The position numbers were made by a program, and so were the translations under genes. Below, piece by piece: positions 28,067-37,435 of a DNA stretch of 64,000 bases. Below the pieces are notes generated by a model, which was not told the origin of the DNA, did not search any database, and saw nothing but the letters and a program-made list of their open reading frames with translations. The first letter of the stretch is position 1. Every line of letters starts with the position of its first letter. Origin of the DNA: Thermoplasmata archaeon (GTDB taxonomy: Archaea; Thermoplasmatota; SW-10-69-26; JACQPN01; JAJPHT01); contig JAXDQU010000011.1 of NCBI GenBank assembly GCA_034667685.1, positions 1-64,000 of the forward strand. The letters run 5' to 3'.

Positions 28067-28150
28067 ATGACTTCCGGCGATTCGGCCCGCTCCGGTCCTT
28101 CGGCTACCACCCGACAGACGCTTCATGTAGCCCCTGCGGATTCAACGGTC

Positions 28151-28426
28151 GTGGTCATCCGCGCGATCAAGCGTCTCTTCGGCGGCTCCGAAGGCCCGGC
28201 GGGCATGTCGCCCGAGCAGGCCGAGATCCGCCTCAAGGGGCTCAAGGCCCAGCTCACCAAGAACAAGTCCGAGGCCAAGCGCCTCAGCAGCGAGAGCAAC
28301 CTCGCCAAGAACCTCAGCGCGGAGAAGAAGGCCGCCAACAAGGCGCGCCTCAAGGAGCTGGAGTCCGAGCGCAAGGACGTCCTGCGCGAGATGAAGGCGC
28401 TCCAGAAGCGCCTCCCGAAAAAGTAG
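28151..28426 (+). CDS. Small basic coiled-coil hypothetical protein
   Basis: K/E-rich ORF with high-GC3 codons; probable GTG start. Confidence 0.6.
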   Translation: MVIRAIKRLFGGSEGPAGMSPEQAEIRLKGLKAQLTKNKSEAKRLSSESNLAKNLSAEKKAANKARLKELESERKDVLREMKALQKRLPKK

Positions 28427-28476
28427 CGGCGATTCCCGGACAACGCTCAAGTATCGGCGGCGCGCATCGCGGGAGC

Positions 28477-28701
28477 ATGCGCCTCTCCGCCGTGATCCGG
28501 AAAGAAGGCGACCTGTTCTCGGCCTGGTGTCCCGAGCTCGACGTGGCGAGCCAAGGCGCCAGCGAATCCGAAGCCCTTGCGAACCTGAAGGAGGCCGTCG
28601 AGCTCTACCTTGAGGACGACGACGCGGTCGCCCCCGCTCAGGCGCGGCTGACCACCTTCGAGGTCAACCATGGCGACGCGCCGGGTCGTGTCCGCGCGTG
28701 A
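28477..28701 (+). CDS. hicB: HicB family antitoxin
   Basis: AWCPELDVASQGxSxxEALANLKEAVELYL. Confidence 0.88.
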   Translation: MRLSAVIRKEGDLFSAWCPELDVASQGASESEALANLKEAVELYLEDDDAVAPAQARLTTFEVNHGDAPGRVRA

Positions 28702-28900
28702 GCTGCTGCGCGTCCTGCGCTCCTTGGGATTCGAGGTCGTCGGCCGCAAGGGAAGCCACATCCGGCTGAAGCGCCGCGATCCTTCGCCCACGCGCGTCGT
28801 CGTGATGCCAGATCACGCGGAGATCGCGCCCGGCACGCTCGCATCCATCCTGCGCCAGGCAGGGCTCACGCGCGAAGATCTCGACGAGCGCCTGCGTTGA
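28670..28900 (+). CDS. hicA: HicA family toxin
   Basis: LGFEVVGRKGSHIRL..PDH..GTLASILRQAGL. Confidence 0.9.
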   Translation: MATRRVVSARELLRVLRSLGFEVVGRKGSHIRLKRRDPSPTRVVVMPDHAEIAPGTLASILRQAGLTREDLDERLR

Positions 28901-28951
28901 CGTGCTGCGACCTCCGGATAACGCTCAAGCCTGGCACGCCCACCCCCGGGC

Positions 28952-29542
28952 GTGCGCGCGCCCCTCCATCCTGACCTCGCCGTCGTCCTCGCGGCTTCGG
29001 TCGCCGTCGTTGTTCTCCTCGCCGTCTCGCTCGGGACCGCGCCGGCCGCCATCGCCGCGAAGGACGCGCCGCTCCACGATGGTCAGCGCGTGCGCCTCGA
29101 CGCGCGCGTGCTCGCCGCCAGCGGATCGGCGCGCGGGCTGCGGCTCGTGGTCGCCGACGACACGGCCCGCCTCACCGTGCTCGGGCAGGCGGGCCTCGCG
29201 CAGCCGCAGCCGGGCGACCGCGTGCGCCTCGTGGGGCTCGTGGCGCAGCTCAGCGACGGGCTTGGGCTCTCCGCCGAGACGATCACGGTGACGCAGCGCG
29301 CCGCCACGCAGCCGATCGACCCCGCGCAGGTGGCCCGGCAGCCGCAGCTCTACGAGGGCGCGCGCGTGCTGCTCCGCGGCGAGGCGCGGGACGGCGCGTT
29401 GGCGGGCGGCGGCGCGCGCATGCTGCTATCAGGCCTCGCGCCTCCCGCGCCGGGAAGCTGGCTCGCGGCGGGGACGGTCTTCTATGACACGGCGCACGCG
29501 GCGTACGAGCTGCGGGTGGACGCGTGGAGCCGGCCCTCCTGA
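28952..29542 (+). CDS. Membrane-anchored OB-fold protein
   Basis: N-terminal TM helix; G.RV....V..DDT..GDRVRLVG OB-fold pattern. Confidence 0.6.
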   Translation: MRAPLHPDLAVVLAASVAVVVLLAVSLGTAPAAIAAKDAPLHDGQRVRLDARVLAASGSARGLRLVVADDTARLTVLGQAGLAQPQPGDRVRLVGLVAQLSDGLGLSAETITVTQRAATQPIDPAQVARQPQLYEGARVLLRGEARDGALAGGGARMLLSGLAPPAPGSWLAAGTVFYDTAHAAYELRVDAWSRPS

Positions 29543-30813
29543 TCGCGGCGCTGGCGGGCGCGCTCGCCGGCCTCGCCGCCTCCGCGATCCCCGGCCTGCA
29601 CGTGAACGGCCTCGCGGCGCTGGCCCTCGCGCTCGCGTCCTCCGCCGGCGCGCCCGGCCAGGCGTTCCTCGTGGCGGCCTTCGCGGCGAGCCCGTTCGGC
29701 GGCGCGCTGCCCGGCACGTTCGTGGGCGCCAGCGGCGAGGAGGGCGCGCTCGCCTCGCTCCCCGCGCACGCGCTGGCCCGCGAAGGGCGCGGCGTCGAGG
29801 CCGTCGCGCTCCAGGCGTGGGGCGCGTTCGCGGGCATCCTCGTCGCGTTGCCCCTCGCCCTCGCCGCGCTTCCGCTCTTCGCGTGGCTCGGGCCGAAGCT
29901 CGGCACGGGGGCCCCGTGGCTCGCGATCGCCATCCTCGCGCTGCTCGTCGCCATCGAGCCCGCGCGCCCGAAGGTCCATCGCCGCGCGCTGCCCACGCCG
30001 CTGCGCGAGCGGGGCCGGCTCGTCACGCACGAGCGCGTCGAAGGCCCGCTCTCGCCCTGGGCCGGCCGCGCGCTGGCCCTCCTGGTCGTCGTGCTAGCAG
30101 GCGCGCTGGGCTGGGCCGCGCTGCGCCTGGGCGCCGCCTCCCCGCTCGGCCTTCCCGCGACCCCGCTCCTTCCGCTCCTCGCGGGCCTCTTCGCCGCGCC
30201 CGAGCTGCTCGCCGCCGCGCGGGCCCGCAAGCCCGGCCCCCGCGCGGCCCTGCGCGCCCTCCCGCCGCGCGGCCTGCTGCGCAACGCGATTCCCGGCGCC
30301 GCCGCCTCGTGCGTCGAAGGGCTCGTGCCCGCCGTCTCGCCCTCCATGGCGGCGATGCTCACGCCGCGCGCTGGCACGACCGAAGGCCGGCTCGTGCGCC
30401 TCGCGGCGGTGAACGGGGGCGGCGTCGTGTTCACGCTCCTGGCGTGGCACGCCTTCGGCCGCGCGCGGAGCGGCGCCCTCGTCGCGGCGCAGGCGATGGG
30501 CCCCGCGCCGAGCGACCTCGCGGCAGAGGCGCTCCGGGTCGTGCTGGCCGCAGCGATCGCGTGCCTGCTCGTCCGCGCGCTCTCGATGCCGGTCGCCCGC
30601 GCCTGCGCGCGCGTGGGCATCGCGCGCTGGGCGGTCGGCGGCCTCGCGCTGGTGGCGCTCTCCACGCTCGCCTTCGCGGGGTGGCTGGGGGCGCTCGACC
30701 TCGCGGCCGCGACGATCGTGGGGCTCGTGCCGCGCCGCCTTGGCGTGCGCAGGACGCTCGGCATGGCCGCGCTGCTCGTGCCGATCGCCCTGCGGGGGTT
30801 CGGCGTGGGATAG
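29524..30813 (+). CDS. TctA/DUF112-like membrane protein
   Basis: IPGLHVN, SLPAH..GRG, RARSG motifs; hydrophobic. Confidence 0.7.
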   Translation: MEPALLIAALAGALAGLAASAIPGLHVNGLAALALALASSAGAPGQAFLVAAFAASPFGGALPGTFVGASGEEGALASLPAHALAREGRGVEAVALQAWGAFAGILVALPLALAALPLFAWLGPKLGTGAPWLAIAILALLVAIEPARPKVHRRALPTPLRERGRLVTHERVEGPLSPWAGRALALLVVVLAGALGWAALRLGAASPLGLPATPLLPLLAGLFAAPELLAAARARKPGPRAALRALPPRGLLRNAIPGAAASCVEGLVPAVSPSMAAMLTPRAGTTEGRLVRLAAVNGGGVVFTLLAWHAFGRARSGALVAAQAMGPAPSDLAAEALRVVLAAAIACLLVRALSMPVARACARVGIARWAVGGLALVALSTLAFAGWLGALDLAAATIVGLVPRRLGVRRTLGMAALLVPIALRGFGVG

Positions 30814-30825
30814 GAAGGAGACTTT

Positions 30826-31107
30826 ATGGATACGAATGACATACGGATGCATTGTCTCCATGCGAACGGCAAGCTCGTGGACATCAGCAAGCACGCGGCG
30901 AACGCCATGCAGAACGAGCGCCCGCCCCTCACGCCCTTCGACGTGGTCGACGCGCTGGAGCAGCCCGACCTCGTCGCCGTCGACGGCCCGCGCCGCGCGG
31001 CGTGGAAGCGCGTCGGCGGGAGATCGCTGATCGTCCGCTACCTGGAGACCCAGGAGGAATATGATGTCCGAACCGTCTCGTGCACCCGCGCGCGGCCTCC
31101 GCTGTAA
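30826..31107 (+). CDS. DUF4258-like putative toxin
   Basis: SKHAxxxMxxxR..VxxxLxxPD..LIVRY..VRTV. Confidence 0.55.
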   Translation: MDTNDIRMHCLHANGKLVDISKHAANAMQNERPPLTPFDVVDALEQPDLVAVDGPRRAAWKRVGGRSLIVRYLETQEEYDVRTVSCTRARPPL

Positions 31108-31465
31108 CCTCCACGACGCGCCCGTCCCGATGGAGGACGCCATCGTCACGCTGCAGTTCCCGGGCGGCACGCTTCCCGTCCGCGGCGGGCGCTGCCCGAT
31201 CGACGGCGACGAGAAGATCCGCGGCGAGGACCTCGTCGATGCCCAGGCGCTCGCGCACGAGCTTGGCCTCTACGGCCTCGAGGGCGCGGTGGAGCGCAAG
31301 ATCGGCACCACCGGCACGAGCGCGTCGGTGACGCTCCCGCCCGACCTCCTGGCGCGCCTCGGCCTCAAGCCCGGCTCCGTCGTCGAGATCGGCGCGGCGG
31401 GCGAGGCGCTCGTGATCCGGAAGGCGCGCCCTCAGAAGCCCAAGAGGCGCCGCACGTCGCGATAG
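31061..31465 (+). CDS. Putative antitoxin: zinc-ribbon-like domain plus AbrB/MazE DNA-binding domain
   Basis: CxxH..CPxDG(D)E followed by RKIGxxGxSxxVTLPxDLLxxLGLKPG. Confidence 0.7.
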   Translation: MMSEPSRAPARGLRCNLHDAPVPMEDAIVTLQFPGGTLPVRGGRCPIDGDEKIRGEDLVDAQALAHELGLYGLEGAVERKIGTTGTSASVTLPPDLLARLGLKPGSVVEIGAAGEALVIRKARPQKPKRRRTSR

Positions 31466-32220
31466 CTTTTCGCGACGGCATCCGGCGGGTGCTCGTCGGC
31501 CGCCGTGTCGGGGACGTCGCGCCCCTCGCAGAAGAGGATCGTGCGGAACCCGACGGCCTTGGCCGGCATGTCGAAGACGCGCGCGTCGCCCACCATCACG
31601 CAACGCTCGGGCGCCACGCCGGCGGACCGCGCCGCGGCCAGGAAGATCGACGGATCGGGCTTCGCGGCGCCGAACTCGCCCGAGACGAAGACGCGCGGCT
31701 CCTCGAAGAACTCGCGGTAGCCGATCGCCTCCAGCTTGGGGCGCTGGACCTTCGTGGGGCCGTTGGTGATGACGCCCAGCGTCCGCGCCTTGCGCAGGTC
31801 GGCGAGCAGCTCCCGCGCGCCGGGGTAGATCGCGGCGCGCCACTGCTGCGCGCGCGTGCGGTCGAACTCGGTCGTGATCCGCTCGACGAGGAGATCGTGC
31901 GGGTCGGCGCCGCCAGGTGCCGATAGGCCGGACCGGAGTCCGGCCGTGTCGAGGCCAAGGTTGGCGAGCGCGCCGGCCCACATCGTGCGGCGGAAGAGGT
32001 CCGGGTCGCGGTTGATCAGCTCGCGCTTCGCGTGCTCGCCCATGCCGTGGTAGTGCGACCAGTACGCCTCGGCGAGCGCGTCGAGGGTGTGCCGCGCGAA
32101 GACGTCGCGGAACGTGGCGTGCAGGTGGGCGAACGCGAGCGCCATGCTGCGGTCGAAGTCGTAGAGCGTGTCGTCCACGTCGAAGAAGATCGCGTCCGCG
32201 TCCGCGAGCCCGGGGGCCAC
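31432..32220 (-). CDS. HAD superfamily hydrolase
   Basis: FDVDDTL, ITNG, KPDPSIF, MVGD. Confidence 0.9.
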   Translation of the reverse strand: MAPGLADADAIFFDVDDTLYDFDRSMALAFAHLHATFRDVFARHTLDALAEAYWSHYHGMGEHAKRELINRDPDLFRRTMWAGALANLGLDTAGLRSGLSAPGGADPHDLLVERITTEFDRTRAQQWRAAIYPGARELLADLRKARTLGVITNGPTKVQRPKLEAIGYREFFEEPRVFVSGEFGAAKPDPSIFLAAARSAGVAPERCVMVGDARVFDMPAKAVGFRTILFCEGRDVPDTAADEHPPDAVAKSYRDVRRLLGF

Positions 32221-32402
32221 GCGGGGCGATGGGCCCCTCCGCCCGAAAAAGGGTTCGCCAGCCGGCCGACGACCAGGCCCGGGCGCGCCGACGCGCGACG
32301 GCGCGACAACCCTCCACCCGCCAGACCTCCCACCCCAGGAAATTCACAAGAATCATCTAATACCCAGAAGGCCACCGCAGCCTGGGATCGGAGGCATTGG
32401 AC

Positions 32403-32525
32403 ATGCTGGAGTCGATCGTCCTGGGCATCGTGGTGGTCATGGCTGTCGCGGCCCTCGCGCTCGCCATCTTCGTCCTCGTCCTGGCGCGCCACATCCTGCG
32501 CGAGGAGACGGGCGTCCGGCGTTAG
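32403..32525 (+). CDS. 40-aa single-TM microprotein
   Basis: MLESIVLGIVVVMAVAALALAIFVLVLARHILREETGVRR; GGAGG upstream; below the ORF-track cutoff. Confidence 0.55.
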   Translation: MLESIVLGIVVVMAVAALALAIFVLVLARHILREETGVRR

Positions 32526-32526
32526 C

Positions 32527-33186
32527 TCACGCCGCGCGGTGCCCGTGCCGGTCGAAGCCGGGCGGAGCGCCCGCGATCTCGGTCGCCCGCTTGCTGCGCG
32601 ACTCCTCGCCCGCGAAGCGCCACGCGACCGCCGCGCGGAACGCGGCGCTCTGGGCGGTCTCCTTCCATTCCTGCTCGCCGCTGCCCACGCGGAAGTTGAG
32701 CATGGCGAAGAGCTCCTCGTAGAGCTGCGCGGCCTTGACGTGGTGCTGCTTGGCCTGCTCGGGGGCGATCGCCTTGTTGCGCGTCGCGGCGATGAGGTTG
32801 CTGTGGCAGAGCGCGGCGAGGATCGCGTCGGGGACGAGCGCGGGCTTCTCCGCCTGCCCGATCCAGAGCGCGTCGAACGCCGCGAGGAACGCCTCGGCGC
32901 GCGCGGGCGTCGGGTCCTCGAAGAGCGCCTCGCGCGGCGCCTCCAGCCTGGCGAGCAGCGCCCGCTCGGTGTCGTCGAGATCCTCCTCCGCCTGCACGAG
33001 CCCCTCGGCGGCGCGCATGGCCTCGGCGGCCTTCCCTTCGAGCGCCTCGTACGCGCGCATGAGGCCGCGGAAGACGGCGAGCCGGTCGGGCGCCTCGGGG
33101 ACGTCGGCGAGGTCCCCGTACAGGTCCGCGGCCCACTCGTAGCCGCCGAAGAGATCGGACTCCAGCGTCCGTATCAAATCCGCCAC
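32527..33186 (-). CDS. Hypothetical alpha-helical protein
   Basis: Ala/Glu-rich 3' part of the long ORF; GTG start downstream of a TATA-like AT patch. Confidence 0.6.
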   Translation of the reverse strand: MADLIRTLESDLFGGYEWAADLYGDLADVPEAPDRLAVFRGLMRAYEALEGKAAEAMRAAEGLVQAEEDLDDTERALLARLEAPREALFEDPTPARAEAFLAAFDALWIGQAEKPALVPDAILAALCHSNLIAATRNKAIAPEQAKQHHVKAAQLYEELFAMLNFRVGSGEQEWKETAQSAAFRAAVAWRFAGEESRSKRATEIAGAPPGFDRHGHRAA

Positions 33187-33261
33187 GGTTCGTCCAGGAA
33201 CGGGTTCTGCAATATGCTTATCTAACGGCCCCCCGTGGGCACGTTTCGCGGGGAGAACCTC

Positions 33262-35460
33262 ATGCAAACCTTCGCCAAGCCGCTCCTGACGCTCGCGCTC
33301 GTCGGCCTCGTCGCCGCAGCCTTCGCCGGCTGCCTCAGCAACGCGCCCAAGACCAGCGGCGAGACCGCCATCAGCCGCGTCTACACGCTCGACACGGACA
33401 GCAAGACGCTCTCGTCGGTGGGCGGCAGCAAGTCGCCGGCCGACGCCATGCGCCAGCTCCTCAAGACCGACCTCGTCGTGCGCGTGGCTGACGCGGGGGC
33501 CTACACGCTCTCGTACACCGACGCCCAAGGAGTCGCGCGCACGGCGCCGCTCGCCGACCTCGTCCCCGGCACGCCCCACGTCGTCTCCGGCGCGGACCCG
33601 ATGGCGCCCGCGACGCTGAAGAACGCGGCGGGCGACGTCAAGGCGACCCGCGGCCCGCTCAACGCCACCTGGTGGCACGCGGGCGACGTCCCGCTGGGCT
33701 TCACGCTGGCGCCGGGCGCCTCGGCAAGCTACGCCACGACCTCCCTTCTCCACGAGGGCGTTACGCTCACCAACGTCAAGGCCGAGAACAACGTCACGCT
33801 CGACACCGCGCGCCTCGCGTTCACGCTCCCCGTCGAGGGCTCGTTCGCCTACACGCTGGGCGCGCCTGGCGCCGACGGAGCGCCGCTCGCCTCGACGCTC
33901 GACCTGCACGTGCCCGCCAACGCCGCCGACCTGCTCCTCGTGGACGCCACGGGCAGCATGGACGGCAAGCCCGGCACCGCGGGCGTCGACGTCTCCGCCG
34001 CCACGGCCCAGGTCAACCTCGGCGCGACGACCTGGTGGGACGACGGCGGCCCCACCGCGACGCGCTTCGACGGCGGCCACGCCACGTTCCAGCCCAGCGT
34101 CACCGCGTGGGTCACCGGCGGCTTCGTGCCCCAGGACGGCGCGGACGCCTCGAACTGCATCGGCAAGAGCCGCGCCGACAACTGCCACCCGGAGCAGCTC
34201 AATGGCACCACGCAGGACTGGCCCGCCGGCGAGAAGCAGGCCATCGCGGCCTCGGACCTCCCGCGGTCGACGACGTCGGAGTCGCGCGACGTGACGACCT
34301 TCCTCAAGGCGCTCTTCGCGCTCGACATGCAGCCCGGCGACGCGCTGCGCGTCAGCATGCGCGACAGCAGCCGCGAGGGAAGCAACGTCTACGACGTGCT
34401 GGAGACCTCGTCGCTGGAGGTCGTGGACCAGGAGAAGGTCACCGTCCCCGCGGGCACCTTCGACGCCCTCAAGGTCGTCCAGGAGGCGCGCATCGTCACG
34501 AACGTCGACCGCCTCTCCGACGGCTCGTCCGCCGGCCCCTCGATCGAGAACCTGCGCCTCAACGAGACCGTCGCGCGCTCGACCTACTGGTTCGACGCCA
34601 AGACCTACCAGCCCGTGAAGATGGAGACCTCGCTGCCCTTCGACGTCGACGCGGCCGCGAAGGCCATCATCCGCGCGGTGCAGCCGGGCGCGTGGAAGAC
34701 CGCCTCGCTGGAGACGCTCTCGCCCGACCAGGTGAAGCTGGAGCTCACGGCGACCGCGACGCTCCAGGCCACGAAGCTCGCCGACGCGCCCACGCTCGTC
34801 TCGCCCGTCGTCGCGCTGGGCCTCGCGCAGACGCTCGCCGCCGGCGCCGCCTACGCGCCCGTCGGGTTCGCGGCCTCCAGCGCGGGCCTCTCACCCGCCG
34901 CGCTGATGCCCAACAGCGGCCCGCCCCCGGAGATCGAGATGATACCGACGCCCGCGCCGTATCCGTACCCGACGCCGACGCCCCCGACGTCGTCCCCGAA
35001 CATCCACTGGCACGCCCTCTTCGACGTGTACGTGAACGGCGAGCGCATGCAGATCAGCCCGTCCACGGCGATCGCGCTCTTCTACGAGGGCGGCGCGCGC
35101 TTCCTCCCCGCGCACCTCCACCAGTGCAACCCGCGCCTCCTGCACAACGAGGGCGACGCCGAGAGCGGCTCGCTCGCGGCGCTGTTCAACGTGAACTGGG
35201 GGAGCCAGGGTGGCGCGCTCAAGCCCGACGACCTGACGATCCCCGAGGGCGCGACGCTCGCGGGCGACTACGCGGTCGACGAGACGCACGCCCTTCGGCT
35301 CTTCGAGAGCGACGACAACGGCCCCTGGCAGGAGGTCGACGTGACTGCGCCGATCACGGACCACGCGCGCTACGTCCTCGTGTACGGCGACGAGACGCCC
35401 GACCAGGTCGCGGCGTACGAGGCCGCGATGCCGGAGTTCACGACCGGCGCCGTGTGCTAG
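33262..35460 (+). CDS. Large lipoprotein with C-terminal His-motif domain
   Basis: Lipobox-like FAGC; VTVPAGTFDA motif; Pro linker; HWH..HLH..HNE. Confidence 0.75.
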   Translation: MQTFAKPLLTLALVGLVAAAFAGCLSNAPKTSGETAISRVYTLDTDSKTLSSVGGSKSPADAMRQLLKTDLVVRVADAGAYTLSYTDAQGVARTAPLADLVPGTPHVVSGADPMAPATLKNAAGDVKATRGPLNATWWHAGDVPLGFTLAPGASASYATTSLLHEGVTLTNVKAENNVTLDTARLAFTLPVEGSFAYTLGAPGADGAPLASTLDLHVPANAADLLLVDATGSMDGKPGTAGVDVSAATAQVNLGATTWWDDGGPTATRFDGGHATFQPSVTAWVTGGFVPQDGADASNCIGKSRADNCHPEQLNGTTQDWPAGEKQAIAASDLPRSTTSESRDVTTFLKALFALDMQPGDALRVSMRDSSREGSNVYDVLETSSLEVVDQEKVTVPAGTFDALKVVQEARIVTNVDRLSDGSSAGPSIENLRLNETVARSTYWFDAKTYQPVKMETSLPFDVDAAAKAIIRAVQPGAWKTASLETLSPDQVKLELTATATLQATKLADAPTLVSPVVALGLAQTLAAGAAYAPVGFAASSAGLSPAALMPNSGPPPEIEMIPTPAPYPYPTPTPPTSSPNIHWHALFDVYVNGERMQISPSTAIALFYEGGARFLPAHLHQCNPRLLHNEGDAESGSLAALFNVNWGSQGGALKPDDLTIPEGATLAGDYAVDETHALRLFESDDNGPWQEVDVTAPITDHARYVLVYGDETPDQVAAYEAAMPEFTTGAVC

Positions 35461-36719
35461 GGCGATCCGAGCGCGTCGCGGATGGGCTGACGGCGCAGCC
35501 GCGCCAGGGCCCACCGCGACGCGCCCACGCCCGCCGCCACCGCCAGCGCCAGGATCGCCAGCGCCACGAGCCACGAGGGGGCGGGCGGAGGGACCTTGAG
35601 CGCCGCGGCGCGGAACGCGAGCGCCAGGAGCCATGATAGCAGCGTGGCGAACGCCACGCCCACGACCCCGCCCGCCAGGCCCAGCCACAGGCCGAGGCCC
35701 TGGTAGACGCGGCCGAACGCCTGGTCGGGGATGCCGATGGCGCGCAGCGTGGCGAGCGTCGCGCGGTCCTCGCGCACCTGCCGCGCGAGGGTGTGCGCGA
35801 TCCACGCGCCGGTCATGAGCGTGAGCGACGCGACGACGATCCACGCCGTGACGCGCACGCTGTCGAACACCGGCCCGAGATAGCTTTCCCGGAACGGCCC
35901 GGACGCGATCGCCACGAAGCCGCGCTGCTGCGCCGAGGCCACGAGCGCGTGCTGGTCGCCCGCCGCGAGCACGACGTTGGCCGGCGGGTTCGTGGCGAAG
36001 TAGCCCAGGAGGCGCGCCACGTCGCCGCGCGGCGCGTAGACGACGAGCCGGTCGATCATGCGGAACCCCGTCGCGTACGTGCCCACGAGCAGGCCGTGCG
36101 CGGAGACGAGCTGGTTGTTCTCGACGTGGCCGGCCGTCAAGTTGTAGATGCTGCTCCAGGCGAAGGAGCCGTCGTACACGGTGAGGTTCGCGCTGTGCAC
36201 GAAGTCCTCGCCCGCGAAGATCGGCACGACGGGCTCGCCGTCGGGCAGCGTGGGCAACGCGCCCTGACGCCCGAGCATGACGCCCCGCGAGACGTAGGCG
36301 TCGAGGTCGACGACCTGCGCGTCGGCGTCCGGGTCGATGCCCACGAGGATCGCCGCCGAGCGCGTCGCGTTCGCCGCGCCCGCCGCCGTCGTGAAGTCCG
36401 CGCCGTGGAGGAAGATCCCCTCCGATTCGAGCCGGGGCGCGAAGCGCGCTGAAGGATTGTCATAGCGCAGCCCGGTGAGCACGTCCTGGAGGTCGGTCAT
36501 CGGCTCGCCGTCGCCCACGCCCGTCCGGGCGCGCGCGATGCGCACGTCGCCGCCCAGCGTCGTCGAGATCTCGCGCCCCACGCCGCCTTCGAGGCCGTCG
36601 ACCGAGGCGAGGACGAGGAAGTAGGTCGCGGACGTGGCCGCGAGCAGGATCGCCAGCGCGACGTACGTGCGCTTCCGGTTCGCCCACTCGGCGCGCATGA
36701 GATCGCGGGCGACGGTCAT
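35457..36719 (-). CDS. FtsX/LolE-like ABC permease
   Basis: N-terminal TM, large extracellular loop, ATLRAIG motif plus three TM helices. Confidence 0.8.
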   Translation of the reverse strand: MTVARDLMRAEWANRKRTYVALAILLAATSATYFLVLASVDGLEGGVGREISTTLGGDVRIARARTGVGDGEPMTDLQDVLTGLRYDNPSARFAPRLESEGIFLHGADFTTAAGAANATRSAAILVGIDPDADAQVVDLDAYVSRGVMLGRQGALPTLPDGEPVVPIFAGEDFVHSANLTVYDGSFAWSSIYNLTAGHVENNQLVSAHGLLVGTYATGFRMIDRLVVYAPRGDVARLLGYFATNPPANVVLAAGDQHALVASAQQRGFVAIASGPFRESYLGPVFDSVRVTAWIVVASLTLMTGAWIAHTLARQVREDRATLATLRAIGIPDQAFGRVYQGLGLWLGLAGGVVGVAFATLLSWLLALAFRAAALKVPPPAPSWLVALAILALAVAAGVGASRWALARLRRQPIRDALGSP

Positions 36720-37390
36720 GCGAGCCTTCCTCCCTCGATGCGCACCTGGCGCGCGCCGGGCGGCGCGAGACCCGGGTCGTGCGTGACGAGCATCAGCGCG
36801 GCCTCCGACTGCGCGCACGCCTCGTCGAGCGCGTCCATCACGCGGCGCGCGCTCTCGGGGTCGAGCTCGCCCGTGGGCTCGTCGGCCAGCACGAGGTAGG
36901 GCCGGTTCGCCAGCGCCCGCGCGACGGCGACGACCTGCTGCTGGCCGCCGGAAAGCTGGTGCGGCAGGTGGCCCGCACGCTCCGCGAGGCCCATGCGCGA
37001 GAGAAGCTCCGCGGCCCGGGCGCCGGCGTCCGTCGCTCCGGCAGCCTTCATCGGCAGCGCGACGTTCTCCTGCGCGCTCAGGCGCGGCAGCAGGTGGAAG
37101 TGCTGGAAGACGAAGCCGATGCCCGTCAGGCGCTCCCGCGCGCGCTCGGCGTCGGTGGCGCGCCAGAGGTCGCGCCCCTTGTGCAGCACCGTCCCGGCGT
37201 CGGGCGCGTCGAGCAGACCCGCCACCGCGAGGAGCGTCGTCTTGCCGCTGCCGCTGCGGCCGCGCACCACGACGCGCTCGCCCGCGGCGACGTCCAACGC
37301 GACGCCTTCGAGCGGCGTGACCACGTGCCCCGCGGCGCGGTAGGCGCGTCGCACGCCACGCAGCGCGAGGACCGGGGGCTCCACGCGCAT
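36716..37390 (-). CDS. ABC transporter ATPase (LolD/MacB-like)
   Basis: GRSGSGKTT, LSGGQQQ, LADEPTGELD, VTHD. Confidence 0.92.
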   Translation of the reverse strand: MRVEPPVLALRGVRRAYRAAGHVVTPLEGVALDVAAGERVVVRGRSGSGKTTLLAVAGLLDAPDAGTVLHKGRDLWRATDAERARERLTGIGFVFQHFHLLPRLSAQENVALPMKAAGATDAGARAAELLSRMGLAERAGHLPHQLSGGQQQVVAVARALANRPYLVLADEPTGELDPESARRVMDALDEACAQSEAALMLVTHDPGLAPPGARQVRIEGGRLA

Positions 37391-37435
37391 CGAGCAAGCG
37401 CAGCCTACAAGACCGTTGCCTAGCGTCGCGCCGCC

